Origin: Callorhinchus milii
Lineage: Eukaryota
NCBI RefSeq assembly: GCF_018977255.1
Contig: NW_024704742.1
Coordinates: 77,688,001 to 77,752,000, forward strand
Length of the DNA: 64,000 nucleotides
Direction of reading: 5' to 3'
Every line of letters starts with the position of its first letter. Positions within the stretch are counted from its first letter, which is position 1. Below are positions 1 through 11,610 of the stretch, piece after piece. The position numbers and the translations under genes are program-made. The notes beneath the pieces are model-generated. The model saw only the letters and a program-made list of their open reading frames with translations. It was not told the DNA's origin and made no database searches.

Positions 1-559
1 CCCTGTAAATGGAGAATATTAAGAAAACACCAACTGCAAAAAAAATACTAGAGGCCAGGGAGCAACTCCATGGGTAAGTGCCTATCAGTAAAAGTAAATA
101 ATGAAAGCAGAATGTTGTGACCCTAAAACTGACTATTACCAGTGGTTCATACGTTCACAAAATGCATTCAGACCTGAGACTGCTTCCTGAACTATAGTTG
201 AACTTGACCTCAATGTTCACTGTTACTTCAGATTGCTACCATGATCTGAAATTGATTGTGTGCGCAGGCTGGATGCTCCCCAATAAAGCTGTCTCTGGAA
301 ACTATACAAAAACCACGTTAGATTCAGGGATATATTAAAGAAAGAGTCTTTTATAAGGTTTCTTGATTATAGAGGGCCGTGCAGGAAATGGTGCACATTA
401 CATAAAGATTTTCAGCACAGAAGGAGGTTATTTCATCAATCGTGTCTGTGCTTTGTTGACACAATTGTGATGCATGGGAAAGTTTTCAATAAGAAGATTA
501 AACTTTACTTTGGGTGAACTATTATTTTGCACGAATGGAAATACTTTAAGCAAGTCTGC

Positions 560-740
560 AGTGGATTATCATGCTGTCCATTTCACCTCTGGTATCTAGA
601 TTCAAATCCAACCCAAATTCATTTGGTTGAAAATTTCTCTTTAAATGGATCTAGAATGATATCTTAACACAGCCTACAGAATTTAAATGAGTTTCAACAG
701 GCTTAAGCCTAAATATGTTTCAGGTGTCCCAAACTGGGCT
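560..740 (+). mobile_element. Degraded LF-SINE-like tRNA-derived SINE fragment
   Basis: TTTCACCTCT..GATTCAAATCCAACCCA (B-box region), then AAATGAGTT and CAGGTGTCC, in the order I recall for LF-SINE. Highly diverged. Confidence 0.4.
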
Positions 741-831
741 TTTAGTTAAATATATCAGATAGCTTATAATGGGGTGCAACCAGAAATAACTGCAAAAAGC
801 CTATGCCTCATGGGTGTGACTCTGATAAAGA

Positions 832-890
832 GTGAGAGAGAGAGCACGGAGAGAGCATTGAGAGAGAAAGAACAGGGTAGAGAGAGAACA
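832..890. repeat. Imperfect (GA)n microsatellite
   Basis: GAGAGA runs seen directly. Confidence 0.8.
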
Positions 891-959
891 TGGGGAGTCT
901 GAGGGAATTTAGTACCAAACGGATTGTAACACATATCGCACAGTCCAGTGCATGCTCTA

Positions 960-1410
960 AAAACCTTAGATCACCATCCAAAACTCTGTGTCCTTTCCTG
1001 CATCAGACTCCACAACCCCTGCCCTTGATAAGCACCACTAGCTCCCCATTCCCCAAAGGATAGAATTCAAGATCCTCATTCTTGCATTCAAATCCCTTCA
1101 CAGCCTTGCCCCTAAGTACCTCTGCAACCTCCTCCAAACCTGCCACCCCAGCCAATTCCCCTTACTCAGCTAATACCAGTTGCTTCTTGTACTCTGTCTG
1201 ATCTGTCCCATTCAACCCCTTCTGCATTGCCCTCTCTCTCTCCCCACCTTTAGGAGCCGCTCAAGACCGATCTTTTCATCCGCACATTTTGTCACCCTCT
1301 TCCACCTTCATACTTCTCAGCTTCCCCCTTCTCCAGCTTTGGCTCACAGTTAACCCTTATGAAGCACTTTGAGATGTCTTCCTGACATAAAATGTGTTAT
1401 ATAAATGAAA
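960..1410 (+). mobile_element. L2-clade LINE 3' fragment
   Basis: GAATTCAAGATCCTC..TTCAAATCCCTTCACAGCCTTGCCCC..TACCTCTGC (FKIL..FKSLHSLAP.YL-type motif) and the GAAGCACTTTGAGATGTC..TATATAAATG tail. Confidence 0.8.
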
Positions 1411-1469
1411 ATTGTTTTGATTCAGGAAATGATGGTTATCAATACAATTGAATATCTGCCAGCTGTGAG

Positions 1470-1650
1470 TCCAACAGATGAGGGGTTAAACCGAGGTCCT
1501 GTCTGCCTGTTCAAGTGGATCCTATGGCACTACTTGATAAGAATACAGTTTCTTCCAGTGTACTGGTCAACAATCCCCCATATAAAATTGATCATACAAT
1601 TCATAGCTGTTTGTGGAATTTTGCCGTGAGCAAATTGGCGGCTGCATTCA
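1470..1650 (+). mobile_element. Deu-domain SINE fragment
   Basis: GATGAGGGGTTAAACCGAGGTCCTGTCTGCCTGTTCAAGTGGAT..ATGGCACTA, the Deu-domain-like core repeated many times in the window. Confidence 0.75.
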
Positions 1651-1671
1651 CTTATATTCACTTTAATATTC

Positions 1672-2092
1672 ACTTGGCTCAGTGTCTTGCCTCTTGCCTC
1701 TGAGTCAGAGGGTTGTGGGTTCACGCCCCGTGTCGGGACTTGGAATCACATATCTAAGCTGACATTCCAATGCAATCCTGCATTGTTGGAGGTGCCCTCC
1801 TTCAGATGAGATGTTAAACCGAGGTCCTGTCTGCCTGTTCAGGTGGACGTTAAAGATCCCATATCACTGCTTGAAAGGAGAAAGGAGTTTCTCCCAGTGT
1901 CCTGGCCAACAATCCTCCAAAATAAAAAAATTTAACACTTACTCCGTGGGTGTTTGTGGAAAATTGCTGTGTTCAACTGGTTGCCCACAAATACACAGTC
2001 AATCTACTTTACAGTATATCATATGAAGCAATTTGAGATGTCTCAATCACAATCATAAGAGACGATAACAAATGCAACGATTATTATTATTA
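1672..2092 (+). mobile_element. Near full-length tRNA-headed Deu-domain SINE (SacSINE1-like)
   Basis: TGGCTCAGTG A-box, GGGTTCACGCCC B-box, Deu core GATGAGATGTTAAACCGAGGTCCTGTCTGCCTGTTCAGGTGGACGTTAAAGATCCC, L2-type tail ending in (TTA)n. Confidence 0.8.
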
Positions 2093-2109
2093 AAATACAC
2101 AATTAATAC

Positions 2110-2695
2110 TTGTGCATCCAGGCTTTTATCATGACCAGGCTCGACTATGCCAATGCTCAGCTTGTCGCACTACCCAGCTCTTTACTACACAAGCTACAAA
2201 CTGTCCAGCACTCTGCAGCTGTGTCCCACACCAAATTCCGAGAGTCTATCACCCCCACATCTTTGCGTGACTTCACTGGCTCTTCATTCCCCAGTGAATC
2301 AGTTCAAAATCCTTGTTATCATGTTCAAAACCCTCCACTGTCTCACCCAACCCTACCTCTGCGACCTTGTTCAACCACACTGACACAGCTGCTCCTTTCA
2401 CTCAGTGAACATTGACCTGCTTCTTGCCCTGCCCTATCAGCCCCACCATTAGCGGGCAGGCTTTCAGCCATTCTACCCCTTGTTGTCCTGAATTCTATTC
2501 TGAAGTCCCTCCGACTCCCTCCCCTCGTTCAAGCATGTCTCAAAACGCACCTCTGCGACCATGATTTCAATCATCTTTCTCTCTCATTTCCCTTCGGCAC
2601 CCACCCTCAGTTCAGGTGCCCATCTAGCTTTGGCATGCAATTTGAGCCATCCTCCTGAGGGGAAAGGCACTATATAAACGTAAATAGTGTTGTAT
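2110..2695 (+). mobile_element. L2 LINE ORF2 C-terminus and 3' tail (degraded)
   Basis: Translates as IQAFIMTRLDYANA..LHKLQTVQHSAA and FKILVIMFKTLH..PYLCDL. Confidence 0.85.
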
Positions 2696-2834
2696 TGTAT
2701 ATCGTATAACGTGCTTTGAGTTATCCTCTTAACGTGACAGATGGTGTATTGAATGCAAGGATTATTAGTATAAAATAGGATAGTTTTAGGCAATGACACG
2801 TTTCGGGAAATGTTAGTTACCAATACATTCAAAT

Positions 2835-3320
2835 AACAACAACCACAACAACAACTTGCACTTATATAGCACCCTCCATGCAGAGTAGGGTCTCAGAGCG
2901 CTTAACAGTGGCGTAGCCTGACTCTGAACCGGGAGAGTGGGGAAAGGGGGAGATGGCCGTAACCATGGTCAAAGAGGAAAGCTTTTAGGCAGGATTTGAA
3001 AGAGGGGAGAGAGGGAACAAGGGGAAAAGATTGAGGGAGAGTGGTCCACAGTATTAGGGCGTAGTGGCTGAAAGCTCGACCTCTGACAGTGGAGCCGAGG
3101 GTGGAAGGGAAAAGCAGGAGGCCAGTTTTGAAGTGAGGAGGTCGGAAAAGTAGGGAGGTGCCAGAGAGTGAATGAATTTGAACACGAGTGTAAGGATCTT
3201 GAAGTCGAGCCGTTTGGTGATGGGGAGCTAGTGGAGTCTGGCTAGAACTGGCGAGATGTGGGTACGGAATTTGGTACAGGTCAGTATGCGGGCGACAGAG
3301 TTTTGAATGAGCTGGATCTT
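2835..3320 (-). mobile_element. L2 LINE 3' fragment
   Basis: Minus-strand STVRGRAFSHYA..W..LPQS..SFKSCLKAFLF with a (TTG)n tail. Confidence 0.85.
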
Positions 3321-5769
3321 GTATCAAACGTCTGCAAACTTGGGAGACAGTTCCAGACATTGACATTATGTGAGAGAGATAATGTATAAAACTTTGCTTC
3401 TGATATTTTGTGCATATTACAATTCACTCAGTCGAAAACACCCCGGAGAGTATGGGGGAGGGGTGTGTGGGGAGGGGTGCAAGGGCAAATGGAAGGGAAT
3501 TGATGGGAATAGGAGTTCCATTATAAACAGAGTTTCGCTGAATCCCTAGTTACCTCATGTCAGTTCATTCCACTTTATATTAAAAATTATTTGCAACTAT
3601 AGTTGAAGTGAATGAGTGCAAACCAAAGTGACCTGAATTGAGAAAGTTCAAGTTAATCCACATGAAATGATTTATGCCTCTTGCTCGGTTCTAAAAAAAA
3701 TCAATTGTTGAGATCATTTTTCATACGACCTGATAACAGTCTGTTTGTTTACATTGGAAGATGAACATTTGTACAGATGGGTGAAAAATCTTCAGTGCAA
3801 ATAAGCCCCTTCATGTGACACCTAAACTAATTGCATCCTGTTCCACTGGGTAGACTGTTTTTGTAATGACACAAATTTTGATGCTAATGATAAATGTGAA
3901 TGTGATAGCAGTATTGCTAGAAGCTATTGGAACCCAAGCTGTAAAAAACAAATTGAAAATCCTCTTTTTATTGTATTTGCTGTTGTCCTTTTCCAATGGC
4001 AAACATGCAATAAAGAGGACATGCATCAACACAGTACAAAAAAGCAAGGTTTAAGGAAATTGTGGACGTGTTAAATTCATTCTTCACATCAAATGAAGAT
4101 TGAACACATTCCAGGATCAGGTCAAACTGTCTTGGGAGTCTTTGACATATTTCGAGGTCTTTAAAACATAGGTTATTTGGTAGCTTAAAACATAAATCGT
4201 TAGAGGATAACATAATAAATGGGATACACCTGGTATTTTTTTCAAGAACATAAGCAAGCAAATTCTGGTTCTTTTTTCAGGCACTCTATAAGTAAATAGC
4301 ACTGAGGACACAGTTTTCAGTGTATTCATCAAAAGACTCAAACATAAATCAGTGAATCAAAAACCTGATATTCCAACACTAACTGACCATAGACAGATAT
4401 TCAGTGGATTGGTAAATTTACTCTTTACTAACGACCAGGTAGATTCCGTTGGTCCAGACATTGAAGCATTAACCATGGAGTTGCTGCAAAGTGCTTACAG
4501 AGACTCATGTCTCTGTGGGCTGACCAGACTTGTATATTTTGAGCTCATGTTCAGTGTGTTCGTTCAACAAAGCCCTGAAAAAATCTCTTGTAGATGTGGC
4601 CTGTAAAGATGGTATCCCTTAGAACGCAAAAATATTTCTGGCTGGATGGTTGTCAATTTTTAGCAATTGGGATTTTGTGGGGGATTATAGACTTTCAAAT
4701 ATCACTTTACAGGATAACGACAACTGGAGTCAATCATCCTGCAAAGGGGCACCTTAAAAGCCACTCCTGTTTTGAATGGCCCTAAAGTGAGGAATTCGAG
4801 ATGGTGCTTCCAAGCATTTTTTAAGGTGGCTCTGGGCGCTACCATTATTCAGAAGTTGAAGCAACAGTGTGTTTCTAAACATGTTACTACATCCTCCACA
4901 CATGAGACATCAATACTTTGTCACATGTGATCCAGTTGAAACAATGCTGTCCAAGTCAGAGTCGCAAACACTGTAGAATATCATTTTTCACACAAGTGAA
5001 GCATTGCCTGCTGCTCTCAAATGGTGGTTCATTCATTTCTCTACTTTGTCACACTGTGAACTGTCCACACTATTTCCCAAAGTGCCAGATACCTACATGG
5101 AGTTACGAGCACCCTGAGTCACCTCCACTTTATTCATCTATCATGACGGCTTCAACATATCTCTTTGACCATGCTTTCGGTCATCCTTCCCCTCCCAACC
5201 CACTTTGAATCCCACTCCCAGCTCGGATGCCTAGACAGCAGTGTGAAGCTCTTTGAGACATCTTCCCAATGTGAAAAGTGTTATAAAAATATACAACAAC
5301 AACAACTTGCATTTATATAGCGCCCTTGACGTAGGGTAGCGACCCGCAGTGCTTAATATAAATTCTACTGTATTATATTTCATTCCTCAATATACAGGTG
5401 GTTTGACATGCCCATAGCATCGAATAGCAAATTGTCATGGTTAAGATGAGATCCTTCCTCTTTAACAATTCACTTTACAGTATATTCTGTGAAGTGCTTT
5501 GAGAAGTCTTGAAGACGTGATCAGGCGCTGTTTCAAATGCAAGGATTATTATGAACTAGTAATCTAGTTTATTTCAAAGAGACAACTTTTTATCAATCTG
5601 ATTATCAGTGGACAATATAAATGACCTCATATAGTAGAATGTACTGTACATTGACTTCTATGAAGAGTATAATCCCAAGCTGTAGCCATTGATGAACCTC
5701 TGGGACCTACTTATCCAACCATTGCCTCCATTTAGTGCTTCATGTCCACACGCACACACACACACACAC

Positions 5770-6040
5770 CCTAACATCAGCGTTTGGGCTTTCAGCCTCT
5801 CTGCCCCACTCTCCGGAATTCCATCCAAAAATCCTTTCAACTCTCCTTTCTCTCACCATTTTAATATCCACCTAAGACTTTCCTATTTAACTGAGCTTTT
5901 GGCCATCACCCCTCACCCCACTCCTCCACACCATCAGCCCCTCCATCCCCCAGCTCAGGTGCAAACACTGGACTGTCCAGCGCTTTGGGACATCCTCCCA
6001 ATGTGAAAGGCTCCATATAAATGTATATTTTTATTGTATA
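5770..6040 (+). mobile_element. L2 LINE 3' end
   Basis: WAFSLSAP-type segment and CAGCGCTTTGGGACATCCTCCCAATGTGAAAGGCTCCATATAAATGT tail. Preceded by (CA)n at ~5747-5770. Confidence 0.7.
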
Positions 6041-6379
6041 GTATGGGGAGTATATTAAAACCCTGGCTAGCCAGACAGATGGTGGGGGTCGGGAGGGGTT
6101 AGATTCCATCCCACGAGCCAGGATTTCCGAATAAATGTAATTACGATGCCGTATTAGCATTTGCTGATATTTTTCAGTCGGTAAATGCCAGTCCCAGCAT
6201 TGTAATTGTTTGAATCATGTAAATAGAGTATGCTATCTTCTGCTCAAAGGATTCAATCTGAGTCAATGTCAATATACCTGGTCACTAAAGGCCAACGAGG
6301 ATGGTGAGGCGAGTGGGTGGTTATACATAGCCGGAGTCCCATCAAGCCCAGTCCAACTAGGTATGAATTCCGGATACCC

Positions 6380-6765
6380 GGATACTTGTAGCTTAGTGGA
6401 TAGAGCATTCGCCACTCAAGCGAGAGAACCTGGGCTTGATTCCCCGGTAGGATGAATTGTTGGGCAACTTTCCTTACTCCACATGCCTCTGTTTACCTAG
6501 CAGTAAGTAGGAATCCAGTTATTAATCGATTGCTGTATTGCTTTTCCGGTGTAATAATTCCTTCAAATAAATTTTCTAAAAAAAATTATAATTTGGTCAC
6601 TCAATGCACGACTGTCTGTAGGACACTGCTGTACGCAATTGGCTTCCGCGTTTCGCCCACAAAATATACAGTCAATTCACTTTACTGTATATTCTGTGAA
6701 GCACTTTGAGACGTCTCGAAGACATGATAAGGCTCAATATTAAATGCAAGGATATTATAATATTA
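6380..6765 (+). mobile_element. tRNA-derived SINE, long (older) subfamily with central domain
   Basis: A/B boxes, GGGCAACTTTCCTTACTCCACATGCCTCTGTTTACCTAGCAGTAAGTAGGAA central segment, shared tail. Confidence 0.85.
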
Positions 6766-7682
6766 ATCATGAGGAATGAGCCATTCTTGGCAATGTCTTT
6801 CAGCTCCCTCCAGAGATTGGATCATTTAGGGATGGGCAATAACAATAACTTGTCTTTATATAGCGTTCCTCCCCACCTCCCCACCCACACACATGGGGTA
6901 GTATCCCAGAGGACTTAAATAAAATGGGACAGGTTCAATTGGAGCAGATCTTTCCTCATTCCATATTTTATTTTTGCCACCAGTGAAAAAAATGAAATTT
7001 ACTTCAGTCCAACTTAACATACAACATGCAATTGATTCATTCATTCTGGCGGGGAAAACACAACAATGCAGACACTAATGTATAAAATATAGATAAGCTT
7101 GCAATATTTTAATGTTGTTAATGCTGTCTACACCTGCTGCCTAAGAAGGCGAAACAGTGAGGAGTCTACTTCCACCCAACAGACTGGATCATTAAGGCCT
7201 TCAATCTGCTCAACCTTTGCCGCCAGCTATTCCACCCTTGATGCCTGATGAATTTCTGCTAAGGCCCACTAGTTCATACACGAAATCCGAATATCCACCT
7301 TGTGTGGCAATGTTCAAGGGTTGCCCTATTGCCACAGAAGGTGAATGGCCAGTGGGCTGAAATTTCCCGGTGACACTAAGCAATGCAATTAGAAAGCGTA
7401 CAATATGCCAAGCCATTCACAACCATGAGGTTATTGTGCCCTCTAAACTCCATGACAATGTCATGTAATTGGCAACCCTCAGAGGGTGGAACACTACCCA
7501 CTTGCGCTGCCATGGATACGCTCCACCTTTGAATGTCCAGGTCTGACTCTATTACATTCTCCCATGAGGAGCAATGGACAGTCAGAAATATTTTCAGTGA
7601 ACAAATGCTTTCTATTCAAACCTGCAGGTTTTGCTTTAAAGTTTATGAATGGAACAAGATAAAATAACCTTTTTATTAATAC

Positions 7683-7998
7683 AATAATAATAATAATCCT
7701 TGCATTTGATATAGCGCTTTTCACGTCGGGAGGATGTCCCAAAGCGCTTCACAGAACACATTGTAAAGTGAATTGACTGTATATTTGTGGGCGAACGCGG
7801 CAGCCAATTGTGCATAGCAATGTCCCACAAACAGTCGTAGATTGAAAATTACCAATTTATTATTGTTTTTTGTTTTGGAGGGATTATTATTAGGCGTGTG
7901 GAGTAAGGAAACTTGCCCAAGGTTTCGCCCTGCCTGGAATTGAACTCAGGTCTCTCACCTGCAAAGCGAGTGCTCTAACCACTGAGCTACAGGACTCC
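7683..7998 (-). mobile_element. Young tRNA(Ala-like)-derived SINE, short subfamily (SINE2-1_CM-like)
   Basis: Near-identical to the copies at 8383, 9571, 26166, 28880 and 32053. Has A/B boxes and a (TTA)n tail. Confidence 0.92.
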
Positions 7999-8382
7999 GA
8001 GCACATAACCACATTGTTTGTAACCGAAAAAAAAAAATTTCACCATTAAAAATGCAATACATTTGAAGCGATTTGGTACTAAGTACATTTCCTAGTGTGT
8101 AATTGATCTAATTAGCATTAAATAGCACCCCCAATTATTTGCTGAAACAGTTTGTGTTGTAATTGCTTGTAAACTAACCAAGTTTCTAGTAATTTTACAG
8201 TATTATTGACGGAGTATGCCACGTTCTGAGATGGAGTGTAGAAAACAATTATTATTTTCACTCAGGGCAGAGCAAGGAATCCTTGCTGCATTTGACAGGT
8301 TAACAAGCAGTGATACTTATCAAAAAGCCACTTATTCCTGGCAAGATTATTATGATTATTATGATTATGATGATCCTGTTTT

Positions 8383-8707
8383 AATAATAATAACAATAAT
8401 AATAATCCTTGCATTTGATATAGCGCTTTTCACGTCGGGAGGATGTCCCAAAGCGCTTCACAGAACACACTGGAAAGTGAATTGACTGTATATTTGTGGG
8501 CGAACGCGGCAGCCAATTGCGCACAGCAATGTCCCACAAACAGTCGTAGATTGAAAATGACCAATTTATTACTGTTTATGGTTTTGGAGGGATTGTTATT
8601 AGGCGTGTGGAGTAAGGAAACTTGCCCAAGGTTTCGCCCTGCCTGGAATTGAACTCAGGTCTCTCGCTTGCAAAGCGAGTGCTCTAACCATTGAGCTACA
8701 GGAGTCC
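8383..8707 (-). mobile_element. Young tRNA-derived SINE, short subfamily
   Basis: Same ~320-bp consensus. Preceded by a (GATTAT)n microsatellite at 8345-8373. Confidence 0.92.
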
Positions 8708-9570
8708 AAGAGTTTTGAGATGCTACATAACGTATTTCCAGAACGCTCAGCTATTTTGAATGCAGACAAATGTCCAGATTTATGAAACTGTTATCTGTTT
8801 AGAGAATGAAACATTTAGTCAAGTAGTTTTTCACTTAACCGGAAGCAAATGCATTTTTGCATGCCTGATATCTAGCTCTGACCACTGTATTACCTCCGAA
8901 CCACAATCCTCCGTCGACTTTAAAAGAGAATATAAATGATGCCTGGGAGTGTAAGGTTATAGCATATTCGAAGAGCCTGAATGATATCCTGATCCATGAG
9001 GGAGTAAGAGCTATTTTCTACTACATGGTAACCAACTACTCTCATCACTTTGCACAGCGTACAAAACTGGTCAACGATGCAAATATTTATTTCGAACTAC
9101 ACACTGCATCAATCATTTACATTTTAATATTGTCTCTTGCCTCTCCAGTATGTGTTGTTCAGATATCGGTTGCAGCCATTTGTCATCTTACCTCATTTGG
9201 TAGCCCAGTCACTTGTGGGTTTAAGCTCCATGGACCTGAGCTCATCGTCCAATATTGAAGAGTGCGTGTTTTATCTCAGTGGTGCCATTATTCGGATGAG
9301 ATATTAAACTAAGATCTTCTTTCTGGTGTATGTTAACAATTCCATGACTTTATTTGAAAAGGAAGTTTGGGAAATCGGAGGAGGAAACCAAGATCCTACA
9401 GGAGTACTTAATGGGGTAAGCAACTGGGTTGGCACAGGCAAATGGAATTCAATACAGATGAATGCAAAGCGTACTGCAGATAAGAAAGAAAAATAGGAGG
9501 CAGCAAGCGTAATAGTAATAAATAATAATCCTTGCATTTTATATGTGTTACAAAGAGAGCTTTATATAGA

Positions 9571-9895
9571 GTGGAATCCTGTAGCTCAGTGGTTAGAGCT
9601 CTCGCTTTGCAAGCGAGAGACCTGAGTTCAATTCCAGGCAGTGCGAAACCTTGGCCAAGTTTCCTTACTCCACACGCCTAATAATAATCCCTCCAAAACC
9701 AAAACCAATAATAAATTGGTCATTTTCAATCTACGACTGTTTGTGGGACACTGCTGTGCGCAATTGGCTGCCGCATTCGCCCACAAATATAGTCAATTCA
9801 CTTTACAGTGTGTGTTCTGTGAAGCTCTTTGGGACGTCCTCCCTATGTGAAAAGCGCTAAATCAAATGCAAGGATTATTATTATTATTATTATTT
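9571..9895 (+). mobile_element. Young tRNA-derived SINE, short subfamily
   Basis: GTAGCTCAGTGGTTAGAGCTCTCGCTTTGCAAGCGAGAGACCTGAGTTCAATTCC head with a (TTA)n tail. Confidence 0.92.
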
Positions 9896-10184
9896 ATATG
9901 GTATGCACATGGGCTGATAACTGGCAAATGATGTTTTATACAGATAAACGCACGATACAGCCTAATAATAATCCTTATAGTCTTTCAATTTGCTTTTCAT
10001 GTCGGGAGGATGTACGTACATATAGGAAGTAAGAATAGGAAATATGTGTACTCCATGTATGTGAGATAGAACATGCAAAGAGGAAAATTTAAAGAGTCCT
10101 AGCAGTACCAGTTAGCTCATTGTCCACCATGTTCAAATAGTGTGAAGCAGCAATAAACAAAGTGAATAGACATGTGTGTAACCA

Positions 10185-10770
10185 TGTAAATGTAAAGAGG
10201 GACGCTCGAGCTGTAACCAAAGAGCACCTGAAAATGTATCTATGTCTGTCTGCCTCCCCCCATAAAGGGTGAAATGGCAGGGAGTGAGGTAAAGGCTCAC
10301 CGTCCTGTAAAAGGATGGCAGAGCCGAGACTAGCCCATCTGTGTAACTGCTCTCTGTAGAAAATGGGAACAGAACGCCGGGAGGGATGCCGCAGGGACAG
10401 GGGTGGGACTGGTTGGGTATATGGTGTATCTGTATGGGTTTGTCCGAGCATGTGTTTGGCTAAACATGTGCGCATAAGGTGCACATCCAAAAGTGGCAAG
10501 TGCGCCTTATCAGGGTGTGTGCAGGCGTGCACATGGATATAGTGCACACAGGGGAGATTCCCATCTGTCTTAAAAGGGAGCGTCCCAAAAATATGTACAC
10601 ACATCCTGTGTGCTGTGAACTGTCCGCAGTCCCCACTAAGATGGGGGTGTATAGGGAGTGGGGTACAAGACCCCATTTGTAACTGTGCCTTGCAAAGGGT
10701 GACAGAACCCCAAGGCAGGGAAGCCTGGGTCCCAAAATGATGGAGAACAAAATCAAACCAAAGATTTACA
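10185..10770. mobile_element. Unclassified insertion, possible solo LTR
   Basis: GC-richer block bounded by TGTAAAT...ATTTACA, lying between contiguous CR1 pieces. No clear TSD. Confidence 0.35.
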
Positions 10771-11289
10771 AAGATTGTACAGCACAAAACCAGGCCACTT
10801 GGCTCAACCAGTCAGAGCCAGTGTTTATACCCTACACAGGTCTCCACCCATTCCTTACTCCCTCTCATACCTTCTATTCCCCTCTCCCTCATGCAAGTTG
10901 AGACCAAATCCCAGAAGTTTTACTCAGGCTGTACAGTCCTCCAGTGAGGCCACTTCTAGAGTACGGAAAACAGTTCTATTCACTGCAACATAAAGAGGCT
11001 GCTTTATAGAGGTACACAAGATTTTAAATGGATTGAGGAAGTCAACTCAATACAATAGTTTCAGGCATACCAAGGCAACAGAATAAGAGAGCCTCTGGGA
11101 AGCAAAACCAGTTTGAAGTCAGAAAACAGGAAAAAATTTTTACACAATAATAATAATCCTTGCATTTGATATAGCGCCTTATCACATTGTTGTCTCAAAG
11201 CGCTTCACAGACTATACGGCAGGTAATTAACAAATGGAACAGATTATTAGTAAAAATCATTGAAGTTAAGATGTTGGATTCATTTATGA

Positions 11290-11610
11290 AATTGTCCAAA
11301 TGATTGAAAACTCTGCCGCCCGTGCCCTCACCTGTACTAAGTTCTGCCACCCCATCACTTATGTTCTTGCAAGGCTCCACTAGCTCTCTGTTGCAGAACA
11401 GATCAATTTCAAGATGCTCACTCTCATTTCAAATATCTTCATCCCCTGGCATCTCCCTAACTCTCCAATCTACTTACACCCCTCTCCACTAGCCGCCACC
11501 TTTGAACAGCTGGTTTGGCTCTTCTGCCTGTCTCTTGTCCCCTCCGCTCCACAATTGGTGGCCGTGCTTTCAGCCATTATTTGTTGGATCTCTGGAACTC
11601 CTTGACTCCA
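11290..11610 (+). mobile_element. L2 LINE ORF2 C-terminal fragment
   Basis: ENSAARALT..PIT.VLARLH and PLRSTIGGRAFSHY..LWNSL. Confidence 0.8.

Larger units (their letters stand above)
9390..11150 (+). mobile_element. Fragmented CR1 LINE ORF2 carrying nested insertions
   Basis: Pieces read W....QMEFNTDECK (9425-9470), WADNWQMMFYTDK, CEAAINK (10141), KS.EVLLRLY..VRPLLEY (10905-10962) and IEVHKILNG. Interrupted by a SINE and a ~590-bp unknown element. Confidence 0.7.

Noticed and set aside
10089..10787. 232-aa minus-strand ORF
   Set aside because: No recognisable domain; it spans an inserted repeat and CR1 sequence.
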